A stretch of DNA of 64,000 bases from contig JBIJBF010000003.1 of assembly GCA_044345375.1 (NCBI GenBank), positions 18,089 to 82,088 of the forward strand. The letters run 5' to 3'. The notes beneath the pieces were generated by a model. The model was not told the DNA's origin. It saw only the letters and a list, made by a program, of their open reading frames with translations, and made no database searches. Positions 50,404-61,211 of this stretch are shown piece after piece. The stretch is from Alphaproteobacteria bacterium (GTDB taxonomy: Bacteria > Pseudomonadota > Alphaproteobacteria > CAISOG01). The first letter of the stretch is position 1. Every line of letters begins with the position of its first letter. A program made the translations under genes and the position numbers.

Positions 50404-51096
50404 TTGGCTAATAGATTAGACACGCCCAATGAACAGGGGATTTTTGCCTTGCTGTCACCCACCGACTTTTTGTTTTATCTCTTCGCGGGCTTTGCCTTGG
50501 CGGCTGCGGTTGGGGTGGTGTTGGCGAAAAATCCAGTCTATGGCGTGTTGTTCCTGATCCTAGCTTTTTTGAACGCTTCGGGCTTGTTTTTGCTGGCAGG
50601 TGCTGAGTTTTTGGCCTTTATTTTGGTCATCGTCTATTTGGGCGCGGTGGCGGTGCTGTTCCTGTTTGTGGTGATGATGCTGGATGTGAATTTGACCACG
50701 CTGCGGGCGGGTTTTGTGCGCCATGTGCCGGTGGCGGTGGCGGTTGGTGGAATTTTTGCGGCGCAATTGGTGGTGGCGCTGTTGGTGTGGGGTCAACAGC
50801 AGGTGCCGGTGAAACTGGCTGAGGCTGGCGGTGATTTGGGCAACGCGTTGGCGCAACCAACCAACACCCATTCCATGGGGCGGGTGTTGTACACCGATTA
50901 TTTTGTTGCCTTTCAGACGGCGGGATTGGTGTTGCTGGTGGCGATGATTGGGGCGATTGTGCTGACGCTGCGCCCACCCCGTGCAGGTTTAAAAACCCAA
51001 AAAATTGCCGATCAGGTGGCGCGCTCGCCCCGTCAAAGCGTGCGTTTGGTCAAGGGGCGCGTACCCGCCAAATCTTTGCCGGAATCAGCACCATGA
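50404..51096 (+). CDS. nuoJ: NADH-quinone oxidoreductase subunit J
   Basis: Hydrophobic 230-aa protein with [30 protein letters not shown]. First gene of a nuoJKLMN run. Confidence 0.8.
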   Translation: MANRLDTPNEQGIFALLSPTDFLFYLFAGFALAAAVGVVLAKNPVYGVLFLILAFLNASGLFLLAGAEFLAFILVIVYLGAVAVLFLFVVMMLDVNLTTLRAGFVRHVPVAVAVGGIFAAQLVVALLVWGQQQVPVKLAEAGGDLGNALAQPTNTHSMGRVLYTDYFVAFQTAGLVLLVAMIGAIVLTLRPPRAGLKTQKIADQVARSPRQSVRLVKGRVPAKSLPESAP

Positions 51097-51416
51097 TGAT
51101 CGCACCACCAGCGGTTGGCCCCACCCATTACGCGGTATTAAGCGCGGTGCTGTTTGCGATTTCCGTCAGCGGCCTGTTCCTGAACCGCAAAAACCTGATT
51201 GTGATGCTGATGTGTGTTGAGCTGATGCTGTTGGCGGTCAACCTGATGTTTGTTGGCTTTTCGGTGCAATGGCACAACCTGACGGGGCAAGTTTTTTCGT
51301 TGTTCGTGTTGACCGTTGCGGCGGCTGAGGCGGCGATCGGCCTGGCTATTCTGGCGGTGTATTTCCGCAACCGTCACACCATTGCGGTGGACGATTTAAA
51401 CAGCCTGCAGGGGTAA
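51093..51416 (+). CDS. nuoK: NADH-quinone oxidoreductase subunit K
   Basis: 107-aa, three-helix protein ([36 protein letters not shown]). Confidence 0.85.
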   Translation: MMIAPPAVGPTHYAVLSAVLFAISVSGLFLNRKNLIVMLMCVELMLLAVNLMFVGFSVQWHNLTGQVFSLFVLTVAAAEAAIGLAILAVYFRNRHTIAVDDLNSLQG

Positions 51417-51428
51417 GGGGGCGGGATC

Positions 51429-53399
51429 ATGGATTTTCTGGGCATGCTTCTTCCCATGGCGAAATGTCTGGCCATGGTTGCGGTGTTTCTGCCGTTGATT
51501 GCGGGGTGCGGAGCGCGGCTTTTGGTTCCGTCCAAAAACGATCGCTTGGCGCAATTGCTGACCTGCGGCGCGTTGGTTGTATCCGCGGTGTTGGCGAATC
51601 TCCTGTTGTTGGCGGTGGTTCAGGGTGGCCATGCGGTGGAGGTGCCTTTAGCCAACTGGATCACGGTGGGCAGCTTTACGGTTAACTGGGCACTGCATTT
51701 CGATGTGTTGGCGGCGGTGATGGTGGCGATGGTGACCACGGTTTCGGCCTGCGTGCATATCTACGCGGTGGGCTATATGGCGCATGACCCTGAGGTGCCT
51801 CGCTTTATGGGCTATTTGAGCCTGTTTACCTTTTTTATGTTGATGTTGGTAACCGCCAACAATTTGGTGCAAATGTTTTTGGGGTGGGAGGGGGTCGGGC
51901 TGGCCTCCTACCTGCTGATCGGGTTTTGGAACAGCAAGGCCAGCGCCAACAAGGCCTCGATCAAGGCCTTCGTGGTCAACCGTGTGGGCGATTTGGGTTT
52001 TCTGCTGGGAATTTTTATGGTTTGGGGGGTGTTTGGCACCCTAGAGTTTGAGGGCATCTTTGCGGCGTTATCATCGGGAATCGCATCGCAGCCAGCGATC
52101 GAGTTGATCGGTTTGCTGCTGTTGATCGGCGCCATGGGCAAGTCGGCGCAATTTGGCCTGCATGTGTGGTTGCCAGATGCGATGGAGGGGCCAACCCCGG
52201 TGTCGGCGTTGATTCATGCCGCGACCATGGTCACCGCTGGCGTCTTTATGATTTGCCGCCTTTCGCCCCTGTACGCGGCCGCGCCCATGGTGGGGGATGT
52301 GATCACGGTGCTGGGCGTGGTGACGGCGCTGTTTGCCGCATTTGTTGGGCTGACCCAACATGATATCAAGCGCGTGATTGCCTATTCAACCTGCAGCCAG
52401 TTGGGCTATATGTTTTTTGCGGCCGGCGTTGGCGCCTATAACGCCAGCATGTTTCACCTGGTCACCCACGCGTTTTTTAAGGCGCTGTTGTTTTTAGGGG
52501 CGGGCAGCGTGATTCATGCGGTGGGGGGTGAGCAGGATATTCGGCGCATGGGTGGGTTGCGGCGCTATTTGCCCTATACCTATCCCTTGTTTCTGATCGG
52601 CAGTTTGGCTCTGTGCGGGATTTACCCTTTTGCCGGCTATTTCTCAAAAGATGCGATTCTTGAGGCTGCCTATCACAGCGCATCGCCGGTTGCCGCTTTT
52701 GCCTATGTCGGTGGCTTGCTGGCCGCCTTTATGACCGCCTTTTACAGTTTTCGCCTTATTATTATGGTGTTTTTCGGGGCGGAACATGGGGGGGATGCGC
52801 ATGGCTCCGATCATTCCCATGGCCATCCCCATGAATCGCCGCTTTCCATGCTAATCCCGCTGGCGGTGTTGGCGGTTGGTGCGATTTTAGGCGGGATGTT
52901 GTTGCAGCCGTTGCTGCTGCATAACGACCATGGTTTTTGGCAGAGCAGCCTGCTGCTGCCGCACCATGAGGGTGAGGCGCATCCATCCTTGTTGATTAAA
53001 TTTACGCCTTTGTTGGTGGGTTTATCAGGAATCGGCCTGGCTTGGTTGTTGTATGTGGTGTATCCAACCCTGCCAGCGCGGATTGCGGCGGCGATCAGGC
53101 CGCTGTACCAGCTGTCGTTCCACAAGGCTTATATTGATGAGCTGTATGTTTGCCTGATTGTGCGCCCACTGGAAAAACTGGGACGCTTGTTTTGGCGGGA
53201 TGATGCCACCATCGATCGCTTTGGCCCGAATGGCGCGGCGAATCTAACGGTTTTGTTCGGCAAAATCAGCCTGCGTTGGCAAAGCGGGCTGGTGTATGAA
53301 TATGTGATAGCGATGGTGATTGGGTTGATGCTGGCGTTGAGCCTGCAAGCCTATAGCGGCGGCGATATCCGCCCGTTGTTGTCGTTGGTTTTAAGATAG
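51429..53399 (+). CDS. nuoL: NADH-quinone oxidoreductase subunit L
   Basis: 656-aa antiporter-like subunit (WLPDAMEGPTPVSALIHAATMVTAG). Confidence 0.9.
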   Translation: MDFLGMLLPMAKCLAMVAVFLPLIAGCGARLLVPSKNDRLAQLLTCGALVVSAVLANLLLLAVVQGGHAVEVPLANWITVGSFTVNWALHFDVLAAVMVAMVTTVSACVHIYAVGYMAHDPEVPRFMGYLSLFTFFMLMLVTANNLVQMFLGWEGVGLASYLLIGFWNSKASANKASIKAFVVNRVGDLGFLLGIFMVWGVFGTLEFEGIFAALSSGIASQPAIELIGLLLLIGAMGKSAQFGLHVWLPDAMEGPTPVSALIHAATMVTAGVFMICRLSPLYAAAPMVGDVITVLGVVTALFAAFVGLTQHDIKRVIAYSTCSQLGYMFFAAGVGAYNASMFHLVTHAFFKALLFLGAGSVIHAVGGEQDIRRMGGLRRYLPYTYPLFLIGSLALCGIYPFAGYFSKDAILEAAYHSASPVAAFAYVGGLLAAFMTAFYSFRLIIMVFFGAEHGGDAHGSDHSHGHPHESPLSMLIPLAVLAVGAILGGMLLQPLLLHNDHGFWQSSLLLPHHEGEAHPSLLIKFTPLLVGLSGIGLAWLLYVVYPTLPARIAAAIRPLYQLSFHKAYIDELYVCLIVRPLEKLGRLFWRDDATIDRFGPNGAANLTVLFGKISLRWQSGLVYEYVIAMVIGLMLALSLQAYSGGDIRPLLSLVLR

Positions 53400-53418
53400 G
53401 GCGTTTTAAGGTAGGCGG

Positions 53419-54975
53419 ATGTTGACGGCATTAACTGCGGAAATATTGTTGAAGCTGCTGGTGTTTGGCCCAGCCGCGGTTGCGTTGGTTTTGGCCCTGC
53501 TGGCGCCCTGCGTTCGGCAGCTTGAGTGCCGCGATTGGGTGGTGCAGAAAATTGGTCTGCTGGCGGTTGTTGCCAGCTTAGTGGTGTCCGCCAGTTTAAG
53601 CGTGATGTTTGTTGTGGATAGGTCGGGTTTTCAGTTTGTCAGCCGGATCGGCTTTAACCTGCCGTTTGAGCTCAGCTTTGGCTTGGATGGGTTGTCACTG
53701 ACCCTGGTGCTGCTGACCAATTTTCTGATTCTGTTGACGCTGATTTCGGGTGAAAACTCTATCAAGCAACGGCGCAGCGCCTTTGTGATCAGCGTGCTTT
53801 TCTTGCAAAGCTTTTTGCTGGCGGTGTTTTGCACGCTGGACATCTTTTTGCTGTATGTGTTTTTTGAGGCGATGTTGATCCCGATGTTTGTGATTATCGG
53901 GATTTGGGGGGGGGAGAACCGCACTTATGCGGCTTTTAAATTCTTCCTCTACACCCTGGCGGGATCGGTGTTGATGCTGCTGGCCTTGATTTATCTGTAC
54001 CAATTGGCGGGCACCTCGTTTTTGCCTGAGTTGTTTGCGTCTGATCGTATTGCGGCCATTCCGGCGCATGTGCAGCGGCTGTTGTGGTTCGCCTTTTTTG
54101 CCAGTTTTGCGGTGAAAATTCCCCTCTGGCCATTCCATACTTGGTTGCCTGACGCGCATGTGCAGGCGCCAACCGGTGGATCGGTGTTGTTGGCTGGTAT
54201 CCAGCTGAAATTGGGTGCCTATGGATTTTTGCGGTTGGCGATGCCGCTTTTGCCGCAAGCCACCCAGCAATTGGCCTGGGTGCTGGCGCTGTTGGCGATC
54301 ATCTCCATCATCTATGCCTCCCTCGTTGCGTTGGCGCAGCAGGATATGAAAAAACTGATCGCCTATTCCAGCGTGGCGCATATGGGGATCGTGGTGTTGG
54401 GGTTGGTGGCCAACAATCTTTATGGCCTGCAAGGGGCGATGGTGCAGATGATCAGCCATGGCTTAAGCTCCGCCGCGCTATTCCTGTGTGTAGGCGTGGT
54501 GTATGATCGGCTGCACAGCCGTGATATTGCCAGTCTAGGCGGCTTAATCCCGCGGATGCCGATCTTTGGCTTTTTCTTTTTGTTGTTCGTGATGACCGGA
54601 ATCGGCCTGCCCGGCACCTCAGGCTTTGTTGGCGAATTTTTGGTGTTGTTGGGGGCGTTTAAGGCGCAGCCGGTATTGGCGGTGTTGGCGGGAACGGGCA
54701 CCATTTTGGGGGCGTGGTACAGCCTGCGCCTTTATCGCGGTGTGATGCTGGGGGATGCCCACCATCCGGAAACCGATCAGGTTCAAGATCTAAATGGGCG
54801 TGAGATCACGATGTTCAGCCTGTTGGCGGTTGGTGTTTTGTATTTGGGCATTCAACCACAGGGGGTGCTGGACTTGCTGCAAGTGCCCAGCAACTTCTTG
54901 GTAGGCAAGGCTGCAGGGCTGCCGCCGCCAAGTCTGGTGCCAGACTTTTTTAGAGAGATGTTGCAATGGCGATGA
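53419..54975 (+). CDS. nuoM: NADH-quinone oxidoreductase subunit M
   Basis: 518-aa antiporter-like subunit (WLPDAHVQAPTGGSVLLAGI). Confidence 0.9.
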   Translation: MLTALTAEILLKLLVFGPAAVALVLALLAPCVRQLECRDWVVQKIGLLAVVASLVVSASLSVMFVVDRSGFQFVSRIGFNLPFELSFGLDGLSLTLVLLTNFLILLTLISGENSIKQRRSAFVISVLFLQSFLLAVFCTLDIFLLYVFFEAMLIPMFVIIGIWGGENRTYAAFKFFLYTLAGSVLMLLALIYLYQLAGTSFLPELFASDRIAAIPAHVQRLLWFAFFASFAVKIPLWPFHTWLPDAHVQAPTGGSVLLAGIQLKLGAYGFLRLAMPLLPQATQQLAWVLALLAIISIIYASLVALAQQDMKKLIAYSSVAHMGIVVLGLVANNLYGLQGAMVQMISHGLSSAALFLCVGVVYDRLHSRDIASLGGLIPRMPIFGFFFLLFVMTGIGLPGTSGFVGEFLVLLGAFKAQPVLAVLAGTGTILGAWYSLRLYRGVMLGDAHHPETDQVQDLNGREITMFSLLAVGVLYLGIQPQGVLDLLQVPSNFLVGKAAGLPPPSLVPDFFREMLQWR

Positions 54976-56489
54976 CGCTTAGCCTTCAAGACATGATGCG
55001 CACCCTGTGCCAGCTGCCCGACCTCGCGTTTAACAGCGGGTTGATGCCGCAGCTGACCTTGTTGGTGGCTGGCTTGCTGTTGGTGCTGCTGGTAGCGATC
55101 GACACGCGGGGGCGCTACCGGGCGATTTGCAAGTTGGGGGAGCTGGCGTTGCTGACCAGCGCGGTAACGGCGGCGGCCGGCCTGTACGCGGTGCTTGATC
55201 AGGGTTTTGCCATCTCTAAGAGCACGTCGCTGTTGGTGGTGACCCCGCTTAGCCTGCTTTTTTGCACGGTCATTCCCCTGCTAAGTTTGGCCTGTTTGGC
55301 CACCTCAGTCCGCTGGCTAAAGCATCAGGATTTGGCGAAGGGCGAGCTGGTGTTGTTGGTGCTGTTTGCCAATTTGGGCATGCAGCTGATGGTGTCGGCC
55401 AATCATTTCCTGATGCTGTATTTGGGGTTGGAGCTGCAGGCGTTAAGTTTTTACGTGTTGGCCGCTTTTGCGCGCGATAACCGCCAGTCGGCCGAGGCGG
55501 GGTTAAAATATTTCCTTCTTGGCTCCCTGGCTTCCGGCTTTTTGCTGTTTGGCATTGCGATGCTGTATGGTGCCAGCGGCACCCTGGATTTTGCAGCGGT
55601 GGCTCAGTATTTGAACAGCGGCGGCCTAACCCTGTTGGATCAGGCGGCGCTGTTGTTTGTTTTGGCGGGAATGGCGTTTAAACTGGCCGCGGTGCCCTTT
55701 CACCTGTGGACGCCGGATGTGTATGACGGCGCGCCAACCCCGGTGACCATGCTGTTTGCAACGGCAGGGAAGGCGGCCAGCGTTGCCCTGTTGATCGTGG
55801 TTTTGCATGGCCCCCTGCGGCCGCTGATGGGGCAATGGCAACCGTTGCTGGCGGTGTTGGCGCTGGCTTCGTTGGTGATCGGTGCCCTGGGTGCCTTGCG
55901 GCAGGAGCGGTTAAAGCGGCTGCTGGGCTTTAGCGCGATTGCGCAGGCTGGCTATATGTTGCTGGGCTTGGTGGTTGGGGTGGATGCCTTGCCGGCCTTG
56001 CTGTTGTTTGTGTTTATTTATGCGGTGGCCAGTGTGGGTGCCTTTACGGTGTTGTTGGCCTTTGTGAAACAGGGCACGGATGGCGCAACCACGCCGATTA
56101 ACACCATCGCTGATTTGCGTGGGCTGGCGGCCAACCATCCAGCTTGGGCCGCGGGATTTGCGCTTTTCATGTTGTCGCTTGCTGGTATCCCCCCCCTGGC
56201 AGGATTCTGGAGCAAGCTGTATCTGCTGTTGGCAGCCTTTGCTCACGGCCATCTGCTGCTAACCCTGACCGCGTTGTTGGCCACGGTGATCGGCTCATTC
56301 TACTATCTCAAAGTGGCCAAGGCGGTTTATATCGATCCGATTGCTGAGCATCAACTGCCGCTAAGGCGGGATGCCAGTGCCGCGGCGGTGATCGTGGCGT
56401 TGTTGAGCGTCCTGTTAACCGTGGGGTTGATGTTGGGTTTGACGCCGACCATGAAGTTTTTGACCAATGTTGTGCACGCCAGTTTCTGA
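54966..56489 (+). CDS. nuoN: NADH-quinone oxidoreductase subunit N
   Basis: 507-aa antiporter-like subunit (LWTPDVYDGAPTPVT). Terminal gene of the nuo run. Confidence 0.9.
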   Translation: MAMTLSLQDMMRTLCQLPDLAFNSGLMPQLTLLVAGLLLVLLVAIDTRGRYRAICKLGELALLTSAVTAAAGLYAVLDQGFAISKSTSLLVVTPLSLLFCTVIPLLSLACLATSVRWLKHQDLAKGELVLLVLFANLGMQLMVSANHFLMLYLGLELQALSFYVLAAFARDNRQSAEAGLKYFLLGSLASGFLLFGIAMLYGASGTLDFAAVAQYLNSGGLTLLDQAALLFVLAGMAFKLAAVPFHLWTPDVYDGAPTPVTMLFATAGKAASVALLIVVLHGPLRPLMGQWQPLLAVLALASLVIGALGALRQERLKRLLGFSAIAQAGYMLLGLVVGVDALPALLLFVFIYAVASVGAFTVLLAFVKQGTDGATTPINTIADLRGLAANHPAWAAGFALFMLSLAGIPPLAGFWSKLYLLLAAFAHGHLLLTLTALLATVIGSFYYLKVAKAVYIDPIAEHQLPLRRDASAAAVIVALLSVLLTVGLMLGLTPTMKFLTNVVHASF

Positions 56490-57297
56490 TCAGTCCATTG
56501 CTATCCCTAGTGTTGAACAAGTCGGTGGCTGGCAGTTTTGGCGGTTCGAGCGCTTAGAGAGCACCAGCAAAACCGCGAAGGAATTGTTGGCTGCGGGCAA
56601 ATTGGCATTGCCTGCGATTGTGTATGCAAAAAGCCAAACCGCTGGCTATGGCCGTAGGGGGCGGGCTTGGCAACATCGCCCTGGGAATTTGGCCATTACC
56701 TATGTGCTAAAAGATAGGCCGTCACCCATCGCCTCTGGTGCCATATCCATGATGATGGGTTTGGCGGTGCTGGATGGTTTAAAAAATCTGGGAATCGATG
56801 AGAATCGCCTCGCCCTGAAATGGCCGAACGACGTGCTGCTGGACGACAAAAAATGTGCCGGCATTTTGGTGGAGTCCGTTAGCTTTTTGGCACCGCCGGA
56901 CGTTCAGCAAATGGCTTTGGTGATTGGCATTGGGGTGAATATTGTCGGCGATGGTTTGCAGCAGCAGGAGGGGGGCTTGCCGATAGGAGCGTTGGCGGAC
57001 GCAACCTCGCGTTCTTTGAGTCCGGCGATTGTTTCCGCGCACCTTACCGATGCGTTGACCGATTGGTGGGCTCAATGGAACAGCGGCGGGTTATCGGCGG
57101 ATCAGCTGCAACAACTCTGGCTAAGCCGTGCGTGGAAATTGGGTCACCCCGTGATGGTTTTGGCTTCGCAGGCATCGATTTATCGCGGGGTTTTTACAGG
57201 GGTAAGCGCTGACGGCTGTTTGCGGTTGCAGCTTGACGATGGCACCGTGCAGACGTTCAGCAGTGGGGAAGTTTCGGTTCGTGCTGAAGAGGGTTAG
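56467..57297 (+). CDS. birA: Biotin--[acetyl-CoA-carboxylase] ligase (no N-terminal DNA-binding domain)
   Basis: SQTAGYGRRGRAW and KWPNDV motifs. Follows nuoN, as is common in alphaproteobacteria. Confidence 0.8.
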   Translation: MLCTPVSDQSIAIPSVEQVGGWQFWRFERLESTSKTAKELLAAGKLALPAIVYAKSQTAGYGRRGRAWQHRPGNLAITYVLKDRPSPIASGAISMMMGLAVLDGLKNLGIDENRLALKWPNDVLLDDKKCAGILVESVSFLAPPDVQQMALVIGIGVNIVGDGLQQQEGGLPIGALADATSRSLSPAIVSAHLTDALTDWWAQWNSGGLSADQLQQLWLSRAWKLGHPVMVLASQASIYRGVFTGVSADGCLRLQLDDGTVQTFSSGEVSVRAEEG

Positions 57298-57504
57298 AGC
57301 ATTTTCCATTTAGCCCTACACGTCGCCTTTGCTACGGACTCACCGTGCTCACGTATTAAGTATACGCTCCGCGCGCTTCGCCTTGCCTTCCTAGTGTAGA
57401 ACTAAAGCGAAAACGCTCTAGAAGCGATTTGTTCGGCTTGCACTTGCGCCTATAGCGGTGCATTTTAAAACACCCCTTCCTTGATGTATGTTTGAGTTGT
57501 TTGC

Positions 57505-58440
57505 ATGTCCCCGATCGTGTCCCCTAAAAAAATTGCCATGTTGTATGGCGGTTTTTCTGCGGAGCGTGAGGTTTCGTTGGTCAGTGGTGATGGTTGTGCC
57601 GCAGCCTTGGAACGGTTGGGGCATCAGGTCGCGCGGATTGATGTAACGCCGGATATTGGCGCGTTGGTTCAACGGTTGATCGACCTGAAGCCCGATGTGG
57701 TGTTCAACGCCCTGCATGGCCGGTTTGGGGAGGATGGCTGTGTGCAGGGATTGTTGAATCTGTTGAAGATTCCCTATACCCATTCTGGCGTCATGGCCTC
57801 AGCGTTGGCGATGGACAAGCCGATGGCGATTCGGTTGTTTCGTCAGGCGGGTTTGCCCTGCGCAGACAGCGTGGTGGTCAGGTTGGCTGATTTGGTGGAT
57901 GGGGTGGATCCCCTGCCGCGCCCCTTTGTGCTGAAACCCACCAATGAGGGGTCGAGCGTGGGTGTGCATATTCTGCAAATTGGCGACAACCGTTCGCTTG
58001 GCGAAGTTCTGGGTGCCGATTGGCCGCCGGATGCGCTGATCATGGTTGAGGCCTATATCCCAGGGCGGGAGGTGCAGGTGGCGGTGATGGGTGAACAAGC
58101 TTTGGGGATTATAGAACTGCGGCCGAAGCGGCTTTTTTATGACTACACCGCCAAATACACCGCGGGAGTAACCGAGCATTTGATGCCAGCCCCAGTGCCC
58201 GCCGCCATTGCCGAGCAAGCGATGGAGATCGCCCTGGCCGCGCATCGGGTGTTGGGATGTCGTGGGGTAAGCCGCAGCGATTTTCGTTATAACCCTGAGA
58301 CGGAGCAAGTGATTCTGTTGGAGCTTAATAACCAGCCGGGGATGACCCCCCTGTCGTTAACCCCTGAAATCGCCGCCTATCGCGGCATTACCTATGAGGC
58401 TTTGGTGCAATGGCTGGTCGATCACGCGCAAACAGATTAA
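57505..58440 (+). CDS. ddl: D-alanine--D-alanine ligase
   Basis: KIAMLYGGFSAEREVSLVSG start, and ATP-grasp motifs (EGSSVGV, the ELN..PGMT C-terminal loop). Confidence 0.9.
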   Translation: MSPIVSPKKIAMLYGGFSAEREVSLVSGDGCAAALERLGHQVARIDVTPDIGALVQRLIDLKPDVVFNALHGRFGEDGCVQGLLNLLKIPYTHSGVMASALAMDKPMAIRLFRQAGLPCADSVVVRLADLVDGVDPLPRPFVLKPTNEGSSVGVHILQIGDNRSLGEVLGADWPPDALIMVEAYIPGREVQVAVMGEQALGIIELRPKRLFYDYTAKYTAGVTEHLMPAPVPAAIAEQAMEIALAAHRVLGCRGVSRSDFRYNPETEQVILLELNNQPGMTPLSLTPEIAAYRGITYEALVQWLVDHAQTD

Positions 58441-59663
58441 GGCCGCCCCCCGCAAGGAGTCGTTCGGGTAGCCGTTCAACTGCTCGGCGCGTGAACCCAT
58501 CGGTTGCGCGGGCGCCGGCTTACAGAAGACGGTCAAAATCCAGCCGGTCATGGCGGGTTTGGTTGCGTGACCTGGGGTTCGGTCTTTTGATTTTTTTGTT
58601 GATTGTGGGTTGGTGGGTGTGGGCGCAGCCGCAACACGCACCGCAACAATCGGGCACTAAGACGACCGCTGGCCGAAAAGGCACGGGCGGCGAGTTGACC
58701 CATTTGCAGGACACCCTGCCGCCGCAATTGCGTGCACCGTTACCCGGCAGCCCGCCGCCGATGTTCGATCAGGCCAATGCCTTTAAAACAGCGCCGCCAG
58801 CTTTGCCCGATCCCCCTTTGTCATCGCCACTTGCCGCAATTGCGCATCCAAGCTGGCCTTTACAAACCATCCAGATTACCGGCACCCAGAATTTGGACAG
58901 GGCAGAGGTGGCAGCGGTGTTGCCCTTTGCGGTTGGCGATGCGATGCGTGATATCAATTTAGCGGCAGCGGCCACCAAGGTGCAAAGCTTGCCGTGGGTA
59001 AAGCGCGTCAGCGTAAGACGCGATTGGACACATCAACAAATACAGATTGTGGTGGAAGAACGTAAGCCGGTGGCGTTGTTGCAGGTGCAGGATCTCAGTT
59101 CAAATAGTCAGGGCGTTAACAAGGCGGTGGCAAAGTTGATGGATGAGGACGGGTTTGTCTTGAATGTACCGTTAACGGCCAAATTTCGTGATGCGATTTT
59201 GTTGGTGGGTCAGGGCACGCCTGAGCAATGGGTGCAAAGATGGCGACAGCTGGATGGCCTGTTGGCGGCACAGCCGCAGCTGCGCCAACAGGTGCGCTCA
59301 GCGGTATCGGTGGGCGGTCGGCGGTGGGATTTGCAGCTTGGCGATCCCCAATCTGCGAATCGGTTGCTGATTAAGTTGCCTGAGCAGGGGGCGGCTGAGG
59401 CCTTGGCCAGATATGCGGCGCTGCAAAGCGGGCAGGGTGGTGAGAGTTTGCGCTTGGCCAGCCCGCCGGTAACGATGGTGGATCTGCGTTTGCCGGATCG
59501 GGTGGTTTTGCGCGGACTGCCTTTAGGAACGCCCAAATTGCCTGCGCCCAAGCAATTTGACCCTAAAACGGGCAAGCCATCCGTTCCCCCCAACAAAATT
59601 GGTCAACCCGCGCTTTACAAAACGCCTGAACCGCATGGGAAAGCCAAAGGACGAGAAATCTAA
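58410..59663 (+). CDS. ftsQ: Cell division protein FtsQ (start uncertain)
   Basis: Arg-rich cytoplasmic N-terminus, a single transmembrane helix (FGLLIFLLIVGWWVWA), then POTRA/FtsQ-like periplasmic domains (NLDRAEVAAVLPFAVGD...WVKRVSVRR). Immediately after ddl. No ftsA or ftsZ follows. Confidence 0.7.
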   Translation: MAGRSRANRLRPPPARSRSGSRSTARRVNPSVARAPAYRRRSKSSRSWRVWLRDLGFGLLIFLLIVGWWVWAQPQHAPQQSGTKTTAGRKGTGGELTHLQDTLPPQLRAPLPGSPPPMFDQANAFKTAPPALPDPPLSSPLAAIAHPSWPLQTIQITGTQNLDRAEVAAVLPFAVGDAMRDINLAAAATKVQSLPWVKRVSVRRDWTHQQIQIVVEERKPVALLQVQDLSSNSQGVNKAVAKLMDEDGFVLNVPLTAKFRDAILLVGQGTPEQWVQRWRQLDGLLAAQPQLRQQVRSAVSVGGRRWDLQLGDPQSANRLLIKLPEQGAAEALARYAALQSGQGGESLRLASPPVTMVDLRLPDRVVLRGLPLGTPKLPAPKQFDPKTGKPSVPPNKIGQPALYKTPEPHGKAKGREI

Positions 59664-59735
59664 CCGATTCGTGTCCGTTTTAGGGGAAAGCAGGAAATGT
59701 TTCCCAAACCCTAAAGCTTTAGGTTATGGTGCGAC

Positions 59736-61211
59736 ATGATGAAAAAAGATGCTCCCGATTCCGTTCCCAATTTGCCCCAAAAAGATTCGCCGCAGGCTGA
59801 TGTATCAGCAGTCATTTTGCCAAAAGTTGCCTTGATCGGCCGGCCGAATGTTGGCAAATCCACCCTGTTTAACCGCTTGGTCGGTCAACGTCGCGCCATT
59901 GTTCACGCCCGCCCTGGGGTAACGCGTGATCGGTTGGAGGCGGTGTCAAGGGTGCTGGGCGGTGATGTGGTGATTACCGATACGGCAGGGCTGGGGGAGG
60001 AGGTGGATCCCCTGTCGCCGTTGGGGCGGGCGCAGACTCTGGCGGCAATGGCTGAGGCGGCAATGGTTTTGCTGGTGATCGATGGCCGGCTGGGGGTTAC
60101 GCCGGCGGATGAGGGGGTGGCGCGTTTGGTGCGCAAACAAAACAAGCCGATGGCGTTGTTGGTCAATAAGGCGGAAGGGCAGCTGAACCCCAATCTGGAT
60201 GCGGGGCTTGCCAAGCTTGGCTTTGCGGAGCCTTTGTTGGTATCGGCCGAACATGGCCAAGGATTTCACCAACTGACCCAGCTGGTGCGGGAAATGTTGA
60301 AGCTGCCAAATTTGCAAACAGCAGCCGCCGCAGCGTTGCAGGCTGAGGCATTTGAGCAGGATGAGGAGGCCGTCGCCCCGCCAGAAATGGTGCGCCCACT
60401 GAAGCTGGCGATTGTTGGCCGCCCGAATGTCGGAAAATCCACTCTGGTGAACACCCTGTTGGGCAAGGAACGGCTTAGCGTTAGCCCGATTGCCGGCACT
60501 ACCCGTGATGCCGTTACCCTTAGCTGGGCATGGTTTGATAAAAAGGCTGATATCTATCGACCGATTGATTTGGTGGATACGGCCGGCCTGCGTCGCAAAA
60601 CCAAGGTTGAGGATGTGGTTGAGTATATGTCGGTTGGCGCCACCCTGAACGCCATCGCGATGGCCGAGGTGGTGATTTTGTTGATCGATGCCACGCAAGG
60701 ACTGGATCGTCAGGATTTGCAAATCGCCCGCCATGTGGCTGAGGAGGGGCGGGTGCTGGTGATCGCGGCCAACAAATGGGATTTGGTTGAGGATCCCAAA
60801 GCGGTGCGGGAGGAGCTGGAATATCGGTTGGACAGCTCATTTGCCCAACTTCGCCTGCCCCTGATCACCATTTCGGCAGCAACCAGCAAAAATTTTGATC
60901 CTTTGCTGCGGTTGGTCTTTCAGCTGTACGACAGTTGGAACCAACGCCTGCCCACCCCCGCCCTGAACCGATGGTTGCGCGCCGCGGTTGCGCGGCAATC
61001 GCCCCCCTATGTGGATGGCAAACCGCTAAAGCTGCGCTACATGACCCAACAATCCACCCGCCCGCCGCAGTTTTTGCTGTTCAGCAACCGCAACGTCGAA
61101 ATTCCTGCTACCTATCAGCGCTATCTGACCAACAGTTTGCGCACCTATTTCAAGCTGGCACCGGTGGTGGTGCGTTGGCAGGTACGCACCGGCGATAACC
61201 CCTATACTTAA
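59736..61211 (+). CDS. der: Ribosome-biogenesis GTPase Der (EngA), tandem G-domains
   Basis: Two GRPNVGKST P-loops (IGRPNVGKSTLFN and VGRPNVGKSTLVN) and a C-terminal KH-like domain. Confidence 0.9.
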   Translation: MMKKDAPDSVPNLPQKDSPQADVSAVILPKVALIGRPNVGKSTLFNRLVGQRRAIVHARPGVTRDRLEAVSRVLGGDVVITDTAGLGEEVDPLSPLGRAQTLAAMAEAAMVLLVIDGRLGVTPADEGVARLVRKQNKPMALLVNKAEGQLNPNLDAGLAKLGFAEPLLVSAEHGQGFHQLTQLVREMLKLPNLQTAAAAALQAEAFEQDEEAVAPPEMVRPLKLAIVGRPNVGKSTLVNTLLGKERLSVSPIAGTTRDAVTLSWAWFDKKADIYRPIDLVDTAGLRRKTKVEDVVEYMSVGATLNAIAMAEVVILLIDATQGLDRQDLQIARHVAEEGRVLVIAANKWDLVEDPKAVREELEYRLDSSFAQLRLPLITISAATSKNFDPLLRLVFQLYDSWNQRLPTPALNRWLRAAVARQSPPYVDGKPLKLRYMTQQSTRPPQFLLFSNRNVEIPATYQRYLTNSLRTYFKLAPVVVRWQVRTGDNPYT

